Under the pieces are notes generated by a model. That model was given only the letters and a program-made list of their open reading frames with translations, did not search any database and was not told the origin of the DNA. The position numbers were made by a program, and so were the translations under genes. 64,000 nucleotides of DNA from Vicugna vicugna (taxonomy: Eukaryota). Below are positions 12,520 to 24,644 of the stretch, piece by piece; position 1 is the first letter of the stretch; the number at the start of each line of letters is the position of its first letter. The stretch covers positions 7,766,295 to 7,830,294 of the forward strand of contig MU058636.1 in NCBI GenBank assembly GCA_013265495.1, read 5' to 3'.

Positions 12520-12728
12520 CTGAGTCTGAGCCTTGGTTCTGCCACCAAGGTTGGGGGACCATGGACAGGGTAATGAGCTTTGCTAAACCTCAACTTCCTC
12601 ATCTGCAAAATGAGTATAATAACAGCTCCTCTTGAGATGGTATTTGTGAGGGTTACATTGGAAAATGCCTAGAAGGGGATTAGTTCTGTGTCCGGAACTA
12701 ACCAGCGCTCAAGTGTTAGCTGTCACTA
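12520..12728 (+). mobile_element. MIR SINE
   Basis: CCTCAACTTCCTCATCTGCAAAATGAGTATAATAACAG (MIR core). Confidence 0.75.
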
Positions 12729-13134
12729 TCATTCCTGGAGAGCGTGAGCTGTTGTAGAAGTAGAGGGGCAACCGCCACAAAGGAAAGTGAAGTAACAGAT
12801 AAAGAGGTTAAAGGAGCACCCAGAGCGCGAGTGTGGAGGTGGAGTTGGTTCAGCCTGGAACCTGGCTCTGCTCTTACCAACATCCATGTCTGGATTCAGT
12901 GAATGCTTCCTGAGCCCTGATGCCACGCCCTGCAGTGGGATATAGCCATGACCTACAAACCGACAGGAGACTCTCAGGGACGATGACGTTGTAAAATCAC
13001 TCCAGGCTGAAAGCACGTATTTAGCCATGTCCGTTCCATCCTGTGCGAGCTTAACTAACCCAATTCATTTCGTGACAGTTAACAGAGAAAAGTTAAGAGA
13101 AATAAATATATTCCATTATCCTTTAAAAATCACC

Positions 13135-13652
13135 AATGGACATGGAAGCAACCTAAATGCCTGTCAACAGACAGCTGGATAAAAAGATGTGGTATACATG
13201 TATTACTACTTAGCCATAAAAAGAATGAAATGATGCCATTTGCAGCAACATGGATGGATCTAGAGATTATTATTCTAAATGAGGTAAATCAGACAAAGAC
13301 AAATAACATAATATCACCTATATATGGAATCTAAAGAAATGATACCAATGAATTTATTTATAAAACAGAGACAGATTCAGACATAGAAAACAAACTTATG
13401 GTTATCAAAGGGGAAAGCGGAGGGTGGAATAAATTAGGAGTACGGGATTAACAGATACACACTACTATATATAAAACAGATGAACAATAGGGACATACTG
13501 TATAGCACAGGGAACTATATTCAATATCCTGTAATAACCTATAATGGAAAAAAATCTGAAAAAGAATGTACATGTATACTTATAACTGAATCACTTTGCT
13601 GTACACCTAAAACTAACACAAAATTGTAAATCAACTATACTTCAGTTAAAAA
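13135..13652 (+). mobile_element. 5'-truncated LINE-1 (3' end) with TSD
   Basis: L1 3'UTR ending TAAATCAACTATACTTCAGTT-polyA. TSD AAAAATCACC at 13125-13134 and 13653-13662, at a TT/AAAA site. Confidence 0.93.
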
Positions 13653-14500
13653 AAAAATCACCCGTGGGAGGGTTGTAACTATCCTAGGATGTAAAGATGG
13701 TGTTTGGAATTCAAAGCCTTTCAGCTGTTTGAGAAGTTCTTCCAATCTTAGTAGCAACCACAAAAGTAGTTGCAAGTAAGTGACCTGCTATTGATCTACG
13801 TGCATTTGCAAAGTCCAATTTAAATTCTTTATTGCTTTTCAGTATAATTCCACATGGTTTTTACTTTCTGAATACACAAGTACAGTGCTGTTTCTTGGCT
13901 GTTGGGACTTATAGAAAATAAAGAGGCTGATGTGATTTATAGCAAAGCATTTCTCATATTAGCAGGGTTTCTTACTACACAGCTGTGTATCTGGTTCTAT
14001 ACTCTTTCCTTGTGGTCCAAGCATTGCATTCTCTGCCGGCAGAAGCACGGGCTGCTTTATCTGCACCACAGGAATCTGCGTGATGCTCGTGATATCAAAT
14101 TTAACTGTACTCACAACAACCCTTCCATTACCATGTCACTTGCCTGTGACAATACATTATTATTACAATTCTGTAACCAGTAAGCTGTCTGGAAATGTGT
14201 AAAGCAGATTCTGTCTACACATTGGGCCTAGATTTCCTTCCCCATGAGAAGGGGGTCTGGGAGACTAAGGACACATGGGACCCTCTTTCACCTATAGACA
14301 CACCCCATTCTCCCTGTCTTCACTCTCATCTCAGCCCCCCTCCCAGCTGTTTGAATCATGCTTATCCTCAAAGCACAGCTCAGATCCCATCATTCCTGTG
14401 CAGATTTCTGTGCTTCAGTCTCTTCCTACAATATAGTCCACCTGCTAGACAGCCTCAACCCTGGAGAGGGAAGGGATGGAGGCAGGGTGGGAAGCCAGCG

Positions 14501-15050
14501 TGAAATAAAGACCAAACGAATTGGAACAGGCAGCAACTGCTTATTCAGGGATGGCTGTAGCAAGGAAGTCAGCCACCATCATTTGTGTTTTGACAGAGAC
14601 ACAAAAGTAGGTAGAGAAGTGGGAAAGGTTTAGAGTGGGAAAGTTTTAGAGTGGAAAAGGGGAAGGCTTCGGGGTGCCCTGATTGGAGGCTGTCGGCATG
14701 GGAAGCTGTAGTCAGGCCGCCTAGAGGCTGGGCATCCTATGCGATCGGCTAGGGAGGCACATTTGACTTTCTCTAGTTGATCCTAAGTTAAAAGTTGGGA
14801 CAAAAATTAGGGAAGCTGTCAGTTATTAATCGAGTCCTGGATGTTTTGGGCTAACTGTTACAGAAGTTTTTGTTTGGCTTCCTGGATTGCTGCTAGAGAT
14901 AGTGGTCTGACTTCCTACGAGTCTGACTCACAGAAAGCAGGCTGGCATTCTGGGCTGGTTTCTGTAGATCATGGGTTGATTTCCTAGGCTGGTTGCTGCA
15001 GATTGTGGGTCAGACTTCTATTTTTACATGTGGTTTGGCCATTGTTCCTC
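14501..15050 (-). mobile_element. ERV1-type solo LTR (MER87/89/90-like)
   Basis: Minus strand begins TGAGGAACAATGGCC...AAAAATAGAAGTCTGACCCACAATCTGCAGCAACCAGCC and ends ...CTTTATTTCA (TG...CA termini). Family assigned from memory. Confidence 0.7.
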
Positions 15051-15060
15051 ACCAAGGATG

Positions 15061-15246
15061 GAGCTCACATAATGATGAAGTGAATTGCTGAGGTCAATGA
15101 GAATAGAGGAGAAATAAATTGACGGGATATGATGACAGATAGAGGAGAAATAAATTGACGGGATATGAGCTCACATAATGATGAAGTGAATTGCTGAGGT
15201 CAATGAGAATAGAGGAGAAATAAATTGACGGGATATGATGACAGAT
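15061..15246 (+). repeat. Complex tandem duplication: 80 bp + 26 bp + 80 bp
   Basis: 15061-15140 is identical to 15167-15246; spacer 15141-15166 is an exact internal piece of the unit. Confidence 0.97.
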
Positions 15247-15269
15247 ATGAAGAAGGCTTCACGGACCAG

Positions 15270-15455
15270 AACAGTGGTTAAAACTCCACTGATACCAGAC
15301 TGCCTGCACATAAATCCCAGCCCTGCCACTCACCTATGGAATATGAGGATAATAATAGCATCTACCTCCTCATGTACTGTTAGTGTTAAATGTAAATACA
15401 ATTAGTTATAATCAAGTGATTAGAACAGCTCCTGACCCAGTCAGTGTTAGCCATG
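15270..15455 (+). mobile_element. MIR SINE fragment
   Basis: AAATCCCAGCCCTGCCACTCAC...GGATAATAATAGCATCTACCTC. Confidence 0.7.
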
Positions 15456-15624
15456 CTTGTTACTCTGGGACAAGGGTGATATCATCAGTTGACAGCCTGT
15501 CAAAAGGAGAGGAGGTTTTGAAGCAAATTCTGGACAAACTTGGATCTCTAGGTGGTGCTCACGAGTGAGACTGGTTTTCCCCCTCTATCTTGTCTACTCC
15601 CAAGGGCACCACAGCGTGTGTACT

Positions 15625-16006
15625 TGCTCAGGACTGAATGTTTGTGTTGCCTCGAAACTATGTTAAAGCCTTAATCCCCAATGTGAAGGTATTTTGAGGA
15701 GGAGTCTTTGGGAGGTAATTGGGCTTAAATGACATCGTGAGGGTGGGGCACCCAATGGTGGAATTAGTGCCCTTACAGAGGAGACAGAGAGCTCACTCTC
15801 TCTGAGTACACACACCAAAAAGGCCATAAGAGGACAAAACAAGAAGAGGGCTACCCGCAAACCAGGAAGTGGGTTCTCACCAGACACTGGACTCTGCCAG
15901 CACGTTCATCTTATACTTCCCAGCTTCCAGAACTGGGAGAAATAAATGTTTCTTGTGTAAGTCACTCAATCTATATGGTAATTTGTTACAGCAGCCTGAA
16001 CTAAGA
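15625..16006 (+). mobile_element. MaLR LTR (MLT1A-like)
   Basis: GGACTGAATGTTTGTG...GGGTTCTCACCAGACAC...CCAGAACTGGGAGAAATAAATG...TTTGTTACAGCAGCCTGAACTAAGA. Confidence 0.9.
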
Positions 16007-16621
16007 TGGTACTTCCTCCTGTTTTGGGTAAAGCATCTCCTTTAATTTGTAAAGATCACTGTACATTTGGTTTTTTTCTCCCTCCAAGGAAGGAGCAACA
16101 CTACCCCTCAGGCAAGCAGCATTACTGGTCTGAAAAATTAACCTATCAGTGTGATGAGCAAAATGCAAAATGAGTAAAAAAGTTAAAAGATTGACAATTT
16201 TAGTCATAAAGATATCTTACATGTATTTAGTGCTTTACAGCTTACAAATAATTTTTGATTGGTGGTGATTTCAGGCAAATAAAAATAACTATTTTTGACT
16301 GCTAAGGAATGCAGGGCATAGATACTAAATTACAGATTCATTCAACCTTCTCTAATACCTAGTTTTCAGTTAATTATCATCCTAGCACTTTAAATTTACA
16401 CTGGTATTTTCAACTGCCATTTCTAGGTAGAAGCTGATTTAGTTTTCAAGGATGACTCATAAGCATATATTAATGCTAATGAGTTATTTACTAACCTTGA
16501 ATCTTAAGAAAACATTTTGTCTAACCTATATTTATTTGTTCATATAAGATCTACTTTAAAGTCTTTTCATTGATGAAGTGAATGACAAAGAATCTGTGTA
16601 AACATGTACTTTCTTTACTAT

Positions 16622-17209
16622 TGTTACCAGAATGCCACCAGACCCTTTCTCAAAACCCACCAACCCCTCCCTTGAACAGGAAATAACACATTTCCTTAAG
16701 TCACATGGAATGGACACAGACAAAGGAAGCTATAGGAAGAGAAAGGCAAAAACCTGATGGAATCAGCTGAAACCAAGATGACAACGAATGCGACCTCCAA
16801 GCAGACCTTTGGCCTCATTCTATGCTGACTTTACTACATTAGCTACTAAATGAAATGCCTACCAGCAGCCATGACTGGAAGTCACAGACCAAAAAGGGAC
16901 AGAAAAGGGGTGGCACCCCATTTCCAGGAAAACCCTGCCTCTTTCCCGGAAAAGTAATGCATACGCCTCCCCATCATTATTACTGTCACTCCTCCCCTCC
17001 TTGCCCTTACTCCTTAAAAGCAAATCCCTCTCACCAGGTGAGAAGTGGATTTGTGACCTAAATTCCCACTTCTCCATTCTCTGGCCATCGAATAAAGCTT
17101 GCCCTGCTTCAGTCCCAGCTTTGGTTTTGTTTTTGGCTGTGTGAAACCGAATGGAAAAATAACCTTCCTAGGGCCCAAGTGAGGGTCCATATGACCTAAT
17201 TAGGTAACA
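16622..17209 (+). mobile_element. Intact ERV solo LTR (588 bp) with 4-bp TSD
   Basis: Inverted termini TGTTACC...GGTAACA; TSD CTAT at 16618-16621 and 17210-17213; AATAAA poly-A signal at ~17091. Confidence 0.9.
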
Positions 17210-18467
17210 CTATCTTCTATCTTATTATTTCACGGCAGATAAAGAAAGGAAAAGGAGGTAGCGAAATCCAAAGAGAACCTTAAAAATCTAATCCCTTTTT
17301 ATCTCTGTGAATTGCAGTCTTTTACTTAAAAGAAATTCCAGGAACATGATAATTTATTCTATGCACATATGGATGAATTGTCATCCATAGAATTGATAGC
17401 CTTGCTCACAAAATAAACAAACATTAAATGCTGGCTGAAGTGTCATTAATTTTCCCGACAGTCACAAACATACATTAAAGATGTAGTGAGCGGGGATTTG
17501 TTTTCCCATCATTATGTAGAACAGGAAAGATGGACCACTTAAAGAGGAGTTTAAATACCCCCTGAATAAAAGGCAAATGCGCTCTGCTTTTCCCTTGGGA
17601 TTTCTGTTAGGCTGAAGAACAAACGGCAACTAACCATTCAGTTTGCTGACAAAAGGGAAGCAAGCAAAATTCTAAAATCAGAATGACTGAATACGTCTGC
17701 AGAAATGTATTATACTCCTATATTTCTGAAAAAAAAATCCAATGCACCCACGGCTTGAAAGGGCCATATTTTCCAGAATTTTAGCCAGTAATGCAGTTCA
17801 CTTGCCAGGCTATTTCCCTAAGGAGTTTTGGTGTCCTATGTCTTGACTCTAACCCAACCATCTGAAGCTGCTGCTCCTGTGATTAAAACCAGTCAGCAAG
17901 GTTGCTTTGCTAATTAAAAAGAAATTTCCTGTTAATGAAGTTCTTCTCTTTTCATTTACAAAAATGACAAAATTCTCGGATGTTAGCCTGTATGTGCAGG
18001 TATCTTAATCACAAGGCAAATAAATATTGGCTGACTGGCCAGCTGATTAAATGAATCTGTCTCGATTCGGATGTCCCTTTCATGGTTTCCAGTGAAATCA
18101 GCTGATTTCTAGACAGATTTAAATTTCCAACCATCTAATCTCCAGGGTGCCTTGACTTTGCTTAGCAATAAGAAAAATACTAATTTGGATGGAGTTGCTA
18201 ACTCTGGACAAAGGGAATCACTTAGCTTTGCCACTTTTTGGTATTTTGCCCCCAAGTTTACAGTGGTTGCCTTTTCATTTCAAAAGACTATTTATTTTAC
18301 CCAAAGTTGATTATACCTCACAGATCTTTGCGGTTCAAGGATTCACAGCACTTTCTTTCCCATGTGTTTCCAGGCTTTGTTCTTCCCTATCTTGTGAATT
18401 GTCTCCTGCCCACAGTGGATGAGAGAAGAAAAAGTGGAGCGAAAGCGAATAAATCTATTTTGCAAGT

Positions 18468-18800
18468 TGCTATGGACTAAGTATCTGTGTCCCTCCAAAA
18501 TGCATATGTTGAAATCCTGACCCATCTAGGTGAGGATTTTAGGCGTTGGGCCTTCGAAGGTGAGTTGGTTATGAGTGGAACCCTCATGAATGGGATTAGT
18601 GTCCTGACAAAAGAGGCCCCAGAGAGACCCCTCACCCCTTCCTTCTGCCACGTGAGGTTACAGTGAAAAGATAGCGGTCAAGGAATGGGCTGTCAGCAGA
18701 CACTGAATTGGCCGAATCTGTCTGGACTTCCCAGCCTCCAAGCTAAGAAATAAATTCCCATTGTTTATACACCACCCAGTTTCTGGCACTTCATGCCAGA
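18468..18800 (+). mobile_element. MaLR LTR (MLT1A0-like)
   Basis: Starts TGCTATGGACTAAG; contains CCCTCATGAATGGGATTAGTG and GGACTTCCCAGCCTCC...AAATAAATT. Confidence 0.88.
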
Positions 18801-19489
18801 GGTAGGGTGGTTGAGAAGAGCTCTGGTGAAGATGTGATGGAGCGGGTGACACTGCTGTCTGAGCTGCTGGATCTCCGCATGCCCAGTCCCTCCAGCGTCC
18901 ACACAGGGAGTCCCCCTCGGACGCATGGGAGTTCAGTGAGGGCCACGGTTTCATCAGGCTTTTTATTAGATGTGTTCAGCCAAGCTTGACTTCAAGAGCA
19001 GGAGTTTCTGATATAGTCTGATGGCCAATTGAAACGTACAAAATTTAAGCTTCATGAAAGGGATGGCGTATGGCCTGACTCTACAAAATGAATACTGATA
19101 CCTGAGAGTTGCTCCGATTATTACATTTTGTAAGTCATGGAGCTGAGCTCCCAGCTAAATGTATTTTTAAATTTACTTTGGATGAAAAAAAATTTACTTT
19201 GGATGACTGTTATTTTATATACACATATGTATATGAATATGTAAATATGACCCATAAGAATAATATTCAACCTCCAGAGTCCTTTGCTTTTACCTGAAAG
19301 GAGTAAAAACAGCCAATAATCTGGGTAACTGACAGGGGCTGTGGATTAGTGAAATTAGTGGATTAGTGGCCAGTATTTTACTTTCCCATATCAGCAAACA
19401 AAAGCTCAGTGCAAATACCTTTCTATTAGAAGAGGCAGCCTGCTCAGGTGGCAAGCAAGGACCCAGACCCTGTGACAGGATGACAAAGT

Positions 19490-19685
19490 GGTGACACGGG
19501 CTCTACCCACAGCAGACCAGGGTTTGAACCCTACTCCAGTCTTATGTTACCTGCGGGTCCTTGGGCCAGTAAATGAACCTTGCCATGCTTTGGTTTTCTT
19601 ATCTGGAAATGGGGATATGAATATACCTATCTTTGGGACTGTTATGAGGTAGTACTGCCACAGAATAAGCAACCAACAGATATTT
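19490..19685 (+). mobile_element. MIR SINE
   Basis: GGTTTGAACCC...GGTTTTCTTATCTGGAAATGGGGATA. Confidence 0.65.
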
Positions 19686-22600
19686 GATTTTAAAAAGTGG
19701 ATTTCAATCCTCCTGACTGGCCATCTGGGTTGGAGGGTGCCTCACACTGGCTTCAAGGGTTGGGGGAGAGCCCCAGGAGAGGAGTCAGAATATGGAGGAC
19801 AAACATTACTCATGCATGAACATGATTTCCCAGGGAGCCACAAGCCAGGCAGCAGCTGGCTGCTTCTTTGGCTTCCCTGGAAAAGGAGAAATGTACAAAA
19901 GGCCGTCTTTGGGCGTCAATTTCCTGGCAGAAGGATCGCACCAGGAATCTCACAGCCATGGAGAATCAAGCCAATCAAAGCCCAATGAAATGCGAGGACA
20001 TCCAATTTTCTTCCAATTGCCTTGTCAGTTCATGCATGATTAACCAGTCCAAGCGATGACAATGTCTCCCTTCTTGTGTTGCGAAATATAAATAAAGGAA
20101 AAAAGGGAAAGGAGAAAAGCGTATAGCCACTTTCAGGCTCCTCAACCTGCAGCAGCTTTCATGGCTTTCCAAATACTTCTAAATTGTTAGTAGACTGCTT
20201 TTATGTATCATCTTTCCTAGCAGTCTGAAGCCATAGCCAAGGTGCACTCCTTTGACCTGATCTAGGAAGATACAGAAGTAGCGCCATCATAGTAAATTTG
20301 TGGCAGAGACACCATGTTTCCCTTCCCAGTTCTTCCTGGCAAACACCAAAGGTCTCTGCTTCCCATGAGAGTGGACGGCATCCACTCACACATTTGGCCA
20401 ATAAGAAGACTGCCCTCACACCGGCTGATAACAGTGCTTTTAACACGTACATGCACTCCCACTTGCCACCCTGGAGACCCAAAACTCATCTGCATTGTTT
20501 ACTCTTGGAGAAAACTAAGCACAGAAAGGCAGGAGACATTTCCCAGGGACATGGCAAAATACACCTAATTATAGACTGAGCTGTTAGCATGACATGAATG
20601 GCCGTTTCTGAAAATGATCTGACAGCCAGCAAAAGCTCCCCTGTCACCGGCCTAGCCCGTCTGTTAGCAAGTAGGGCCCTGCAAAGGGCAGTCACTGCTG
20701 TGACACTCTCCCCAGCCGGCTCTGTGGCTCCAAGGCTTCCATGTCTTCCCCTTTGCTTTGCTCATGAAAATGAGCTCTGTATTTCTAATCACTCCTCTTC
20801 TTAAAAAAATGTTTTAGGGATTGAACATAGCTGCTGGCATCCTCACGCTCTCCTGGGTATTACTGAAGTTTCTCAGTTTGCTTAGTCAAAAGCTAAAAAC
20901 CAGGTAGACCCAGGCTGAAGGCAGAGCCCCGTATGTCTAAAACCCTGGGCTTAACCCCGCAACGGACAACTGAACCCACAGGGAGACCTCCCCATCCTTT
21001 ATTCCTTTGACCCTCTTCATTTATTTAGATCAAATCAAACACTAGTTCATGCCGAAATTCCCTGTGTTTGGTGAATACTAAGTGAACGTTAATTTGTCTT
21101 CTCCCTGGGTTGTATTTTATAGCATTGAGACCAACAATGAGATTTCCCTGCTCTAGTTATAAGGCACCTAATCTTGTCCAGGCAAAAAGGTAAAGGATTT
21201 TGGTGCTTGGTCCGGGACCTAGCATGTGTGGTAGATGTACATGGCAAATAGGATTTTTCATGAATGTGAAAAGGGTGCTCGGCAGTGTCTGGTTGAGTTC
21301 ATTTGGGAAAGAGGCTCTCTTAAAATATTTAGGGACCATTCAGGAAACAAATAGACCGTGGAATGGGGTTGAAGCAGCTGTTACATCTATAATAGGGACA
21401 GTATTGAAGTATTACTAATGTACTTTCCTTTATCTGCCTGAGTTCTTCACCTTGGTCTTGGTTGGCCCAAGGTATCTGTCTATATGCAGGGATGGGGAAG
21501 GGTTTGAAAAATATTGTAGAAAGATTGCAGAGAGAAAACTAGAGCTAATATTTAATGGCTCGCATGCAAATTAGGATTTCACAACAGAGCAATAGCCCTG
21601 AAAACCAGGTGGCTTGTTGACAGGGAATTTGAACAATGTCTTTCCACATTTATTCCCACCCATCTTTATTGTGTCAATGGCCATGCCTGAAAGACTCATA
21701 TTATCTGGTTTTCCTCTAGTGGGAAGATAACCTTTCTGTCTTTGATACGAAGCTAAGAGCCCTGAGAGCCATGACATAAGACCTTCTCAGGGTTGAGCTT
21801 CGAGGGGGCAGGAGGTTGCTTCTTCCCAGCGACTGGGAAAGAGTAAGACCGTCTCTAACACACAACTGGCTTCCATCCTAGGAAGAGGAGCAGGGAAAGG
21901 AGGAGGGGGAGGGCTACCTAACTGACTAAGTTTCTTTTTTTTCTTTTCTCCCAAAGAGACTAGACATTAGCTGAAGGGATGCATACACACACACACAATG
22001 GATCAGATTACATTTAAACTGGACTGGACACTTAGTTAACCATGTTCTTGCTAACTAGTGGGTAGGGACTTGGGAGAAATGCCAGGTCAGAGTCCTGCTA
22101 AAGGGTTTGGCAAATGGGCAGATTTATGCTCCTCACATGCAAAAGAGATGCCGTTACCTTTGGGACCTGCTGAGATGTCATTCTCCTCTGCCAAACTCTG
22201 GTACCTCTTAGAATGACTTGCTTTTTGTTTCTTTACTTTTCACCCTTTCTTTAAATTTTATTTACTTACTTATTTTTAAAGATCCATCTTGCTGCTCTTT
22301 GAGGAAAATGAAAGCTCATATTAAGCCAAATATAAGCTGCACTATAAATAACCCGGATGCTCTACCAAGTTAGACAGGAGCTTGCAATCATTCGAGCTGT
22401 CAATTGGTTTTGCTCAGAAGAAGCTTCTGGCTCAGTTTATTTGGGAAAGAGGCTCTCTTGAAATTTCTAGGCACAATTTTGGAAATGAATATGAAATATG
22501 TAAAATGAGGGCTCACTTACACAGAACTTCCACAAACAATCTCATGTAGTTTGTGGAAAGATAACAGTGATATGTTTCCTTGATGCCTCAGAGTGTGATC

Positions 22601-22974
22601 TTGGGGTCCCAAGGGTCCTGGTTTGCAGACACCCCTTCACTTGGAAGGGGGAAGTTACTCAGTTCTGAGTCAAAGGCACCGAGGTTTGATTAGTAGCCCC
22701 TCATCTCACTGCACTCATGCCATTAGATGAGACGATGCACATAGAATTAAGTCTTCCATTAATGGAAGCTGTTATTACTGTGATCTTCATTGGTTATGTG
22801 TTTACTGAGTACTGATCAGAGGTAATTTGAGTTTCCTCAAACAGCAAATGTTGAAATAAGCAAATTTCTCTAGCCAACATCCTTGTAAGCATCTGTCCTG
22901 TCCTAACGTATCCCAGGCTCAGAAGCCCAAGAAAATGAAAGATTTCATGTCCACACATAAGACAGGAAGAGTCA

Positions 22975-23170
22975 TAATTGCTACTATGTACTGAGTGCTT
23001 AGGGTGTGTGAGCCCATGTCCAAGCACTTTACAAGAACAACTCATTTAATCTTTAGAGCGACTCTGTGAGTCAGGTACTATTTATTATTCCCATTTTATA
23101 AAGTAGAAAACAGAGATCAGAGATGTCAAATAATTGCTCAGGACCAGCAGCCAACCAGTGGCAAAGCTGC
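22975..23170 (-). mobile_element. MIR SINE
   Basis: GGTACTATTTATTATTCCCATTTTATAAAGTAGAAAACAGAG (antisense MIR core). Confidence 0.7.
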
Positions 23171-24644
23171 ACGAAAAGTTAGAGGATGAGAGTCAGGTCA
23201 CCAATGAGCCTAACACCTAAGCAGTCAATAATCCCAGGAAAGTCAAGAAACTCTTCTGTCTCATGCCTGGCAGGAGCCTGTTGTCGCCCTGTCCTCCTCC
23301 ACTATCCAATGTGCAACAGGACTTTAAACTGAACTCTGCCACAAACTAGATGTGCAGGGAAAATACAACTATGTTTTCTGTGTCTACAATCTGGTCTTCC
23401 CACTGGTGAGCAAGAACACAAAAAACTAAGGGTCCCCCTAGAAAAGCTATGACAACTAAGGTATAGATTGTGCAGAAGGATGGGACAGAGTAGGTGTGGA
23501 GGGTCCACAATAGGGATAGGACTTCTGAGCTGCCAGAAAAAGCTAATGAATCCTATGTACTCGTGGAGGGGAGAACCTTACAGAATGATGGGGGCCAGAG
23601 AGAGAAAAGTGACAGGCACAAGAAGCGCTTCCCTCCCATAATCGGGGGATCCCTGCATGTCTGCATTTGTGCTGTAAGTAAAGGGCATGCAATCACAGAG
23701 AGAGGAGACACGCAGGACGGAATATGGAGGGTAGTTTCTATTATTACCGTAAATAAACCACACCCCCTTGCATATGATTTGACAGCTGGCAATGTGCTTT
23801 CATATACATTATCTCACCAGATACTCCAGCAATTGTTCTACCCTTAGGTCCATTTCCACGGGGACAGTGGAAAGCAATTACCCTGTGTATGAAACCAAGA
23901 TGGCATACACTTCATGCTTCAAAGCTAATCATCTCCCAGTAGTTTTATTTGTTCATCTGTTTTTATATAAACTGTTCCTTGCGAATAGAACTAGGACAAC
24001 AAGGGTTACGACATATAAAACCATCCTCAATTATTCTGAAATGCTGATCCTTGTCCTTCGGGGAGGCCCTGCCCGGGACAGTACTTACATGTGCCTGAGA
24101 CTGTAAACAAGTCACGAGACCTTCAACGCATCAGTTGTTTTCACAAGGGAAGCACAAACAGACCCCAATTAAGAGTTTTCTCATTGTTCTTCCAGGCTGT
24201 TTACAAATTCTAACAGGTTTTGGTCATGGAAGATATTGGGTGACTGTGACATACGCTGTTTTGCAAAGAGTGGGTACAGTTAACCACCGACTTAGCACAC
24301 ATGGATTACCCAGATGGTGAGGGTCACGCTTTCCCACCCGTCTGCTGGCTCAGCCTGAGGTCAGGGGTATGTGCTTGTCCGCCCAGCACCCCTCCTCCAC
24401 CCCAACCAGCTGGGAAGATTAGCTCTGGTTTTCAGTTACCCACGAAAATGCTTCCTTCCTTGGGAACTGACTGCTTACATCAAGCAGTACCCACCGCCCA
24501 CCCCCATATCAGATTAACAACAAGGCAATAAAAGGCGTGAAGAACTATTTTACAGAGAGTCAGTGGGAAAAGCATACACAGAGCACCACTTCAGTTAAAC
24601 TGGCTGATTTCCACCCAGGGCTTCATTTGCCAAATAATGGCATG

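Noticed and set aside
15071..15140. Box C/D snoRNA (ATGATGA...CTGA...ATGATGA)
   Set aside because: No terminal D box or closing stem at a suitable distance.
15061..15246. CRISPR-like repeat-spacer array
   Set aside because: Mammalian context, the 'spacers' are themselves duplicated, and there are no cas genes.
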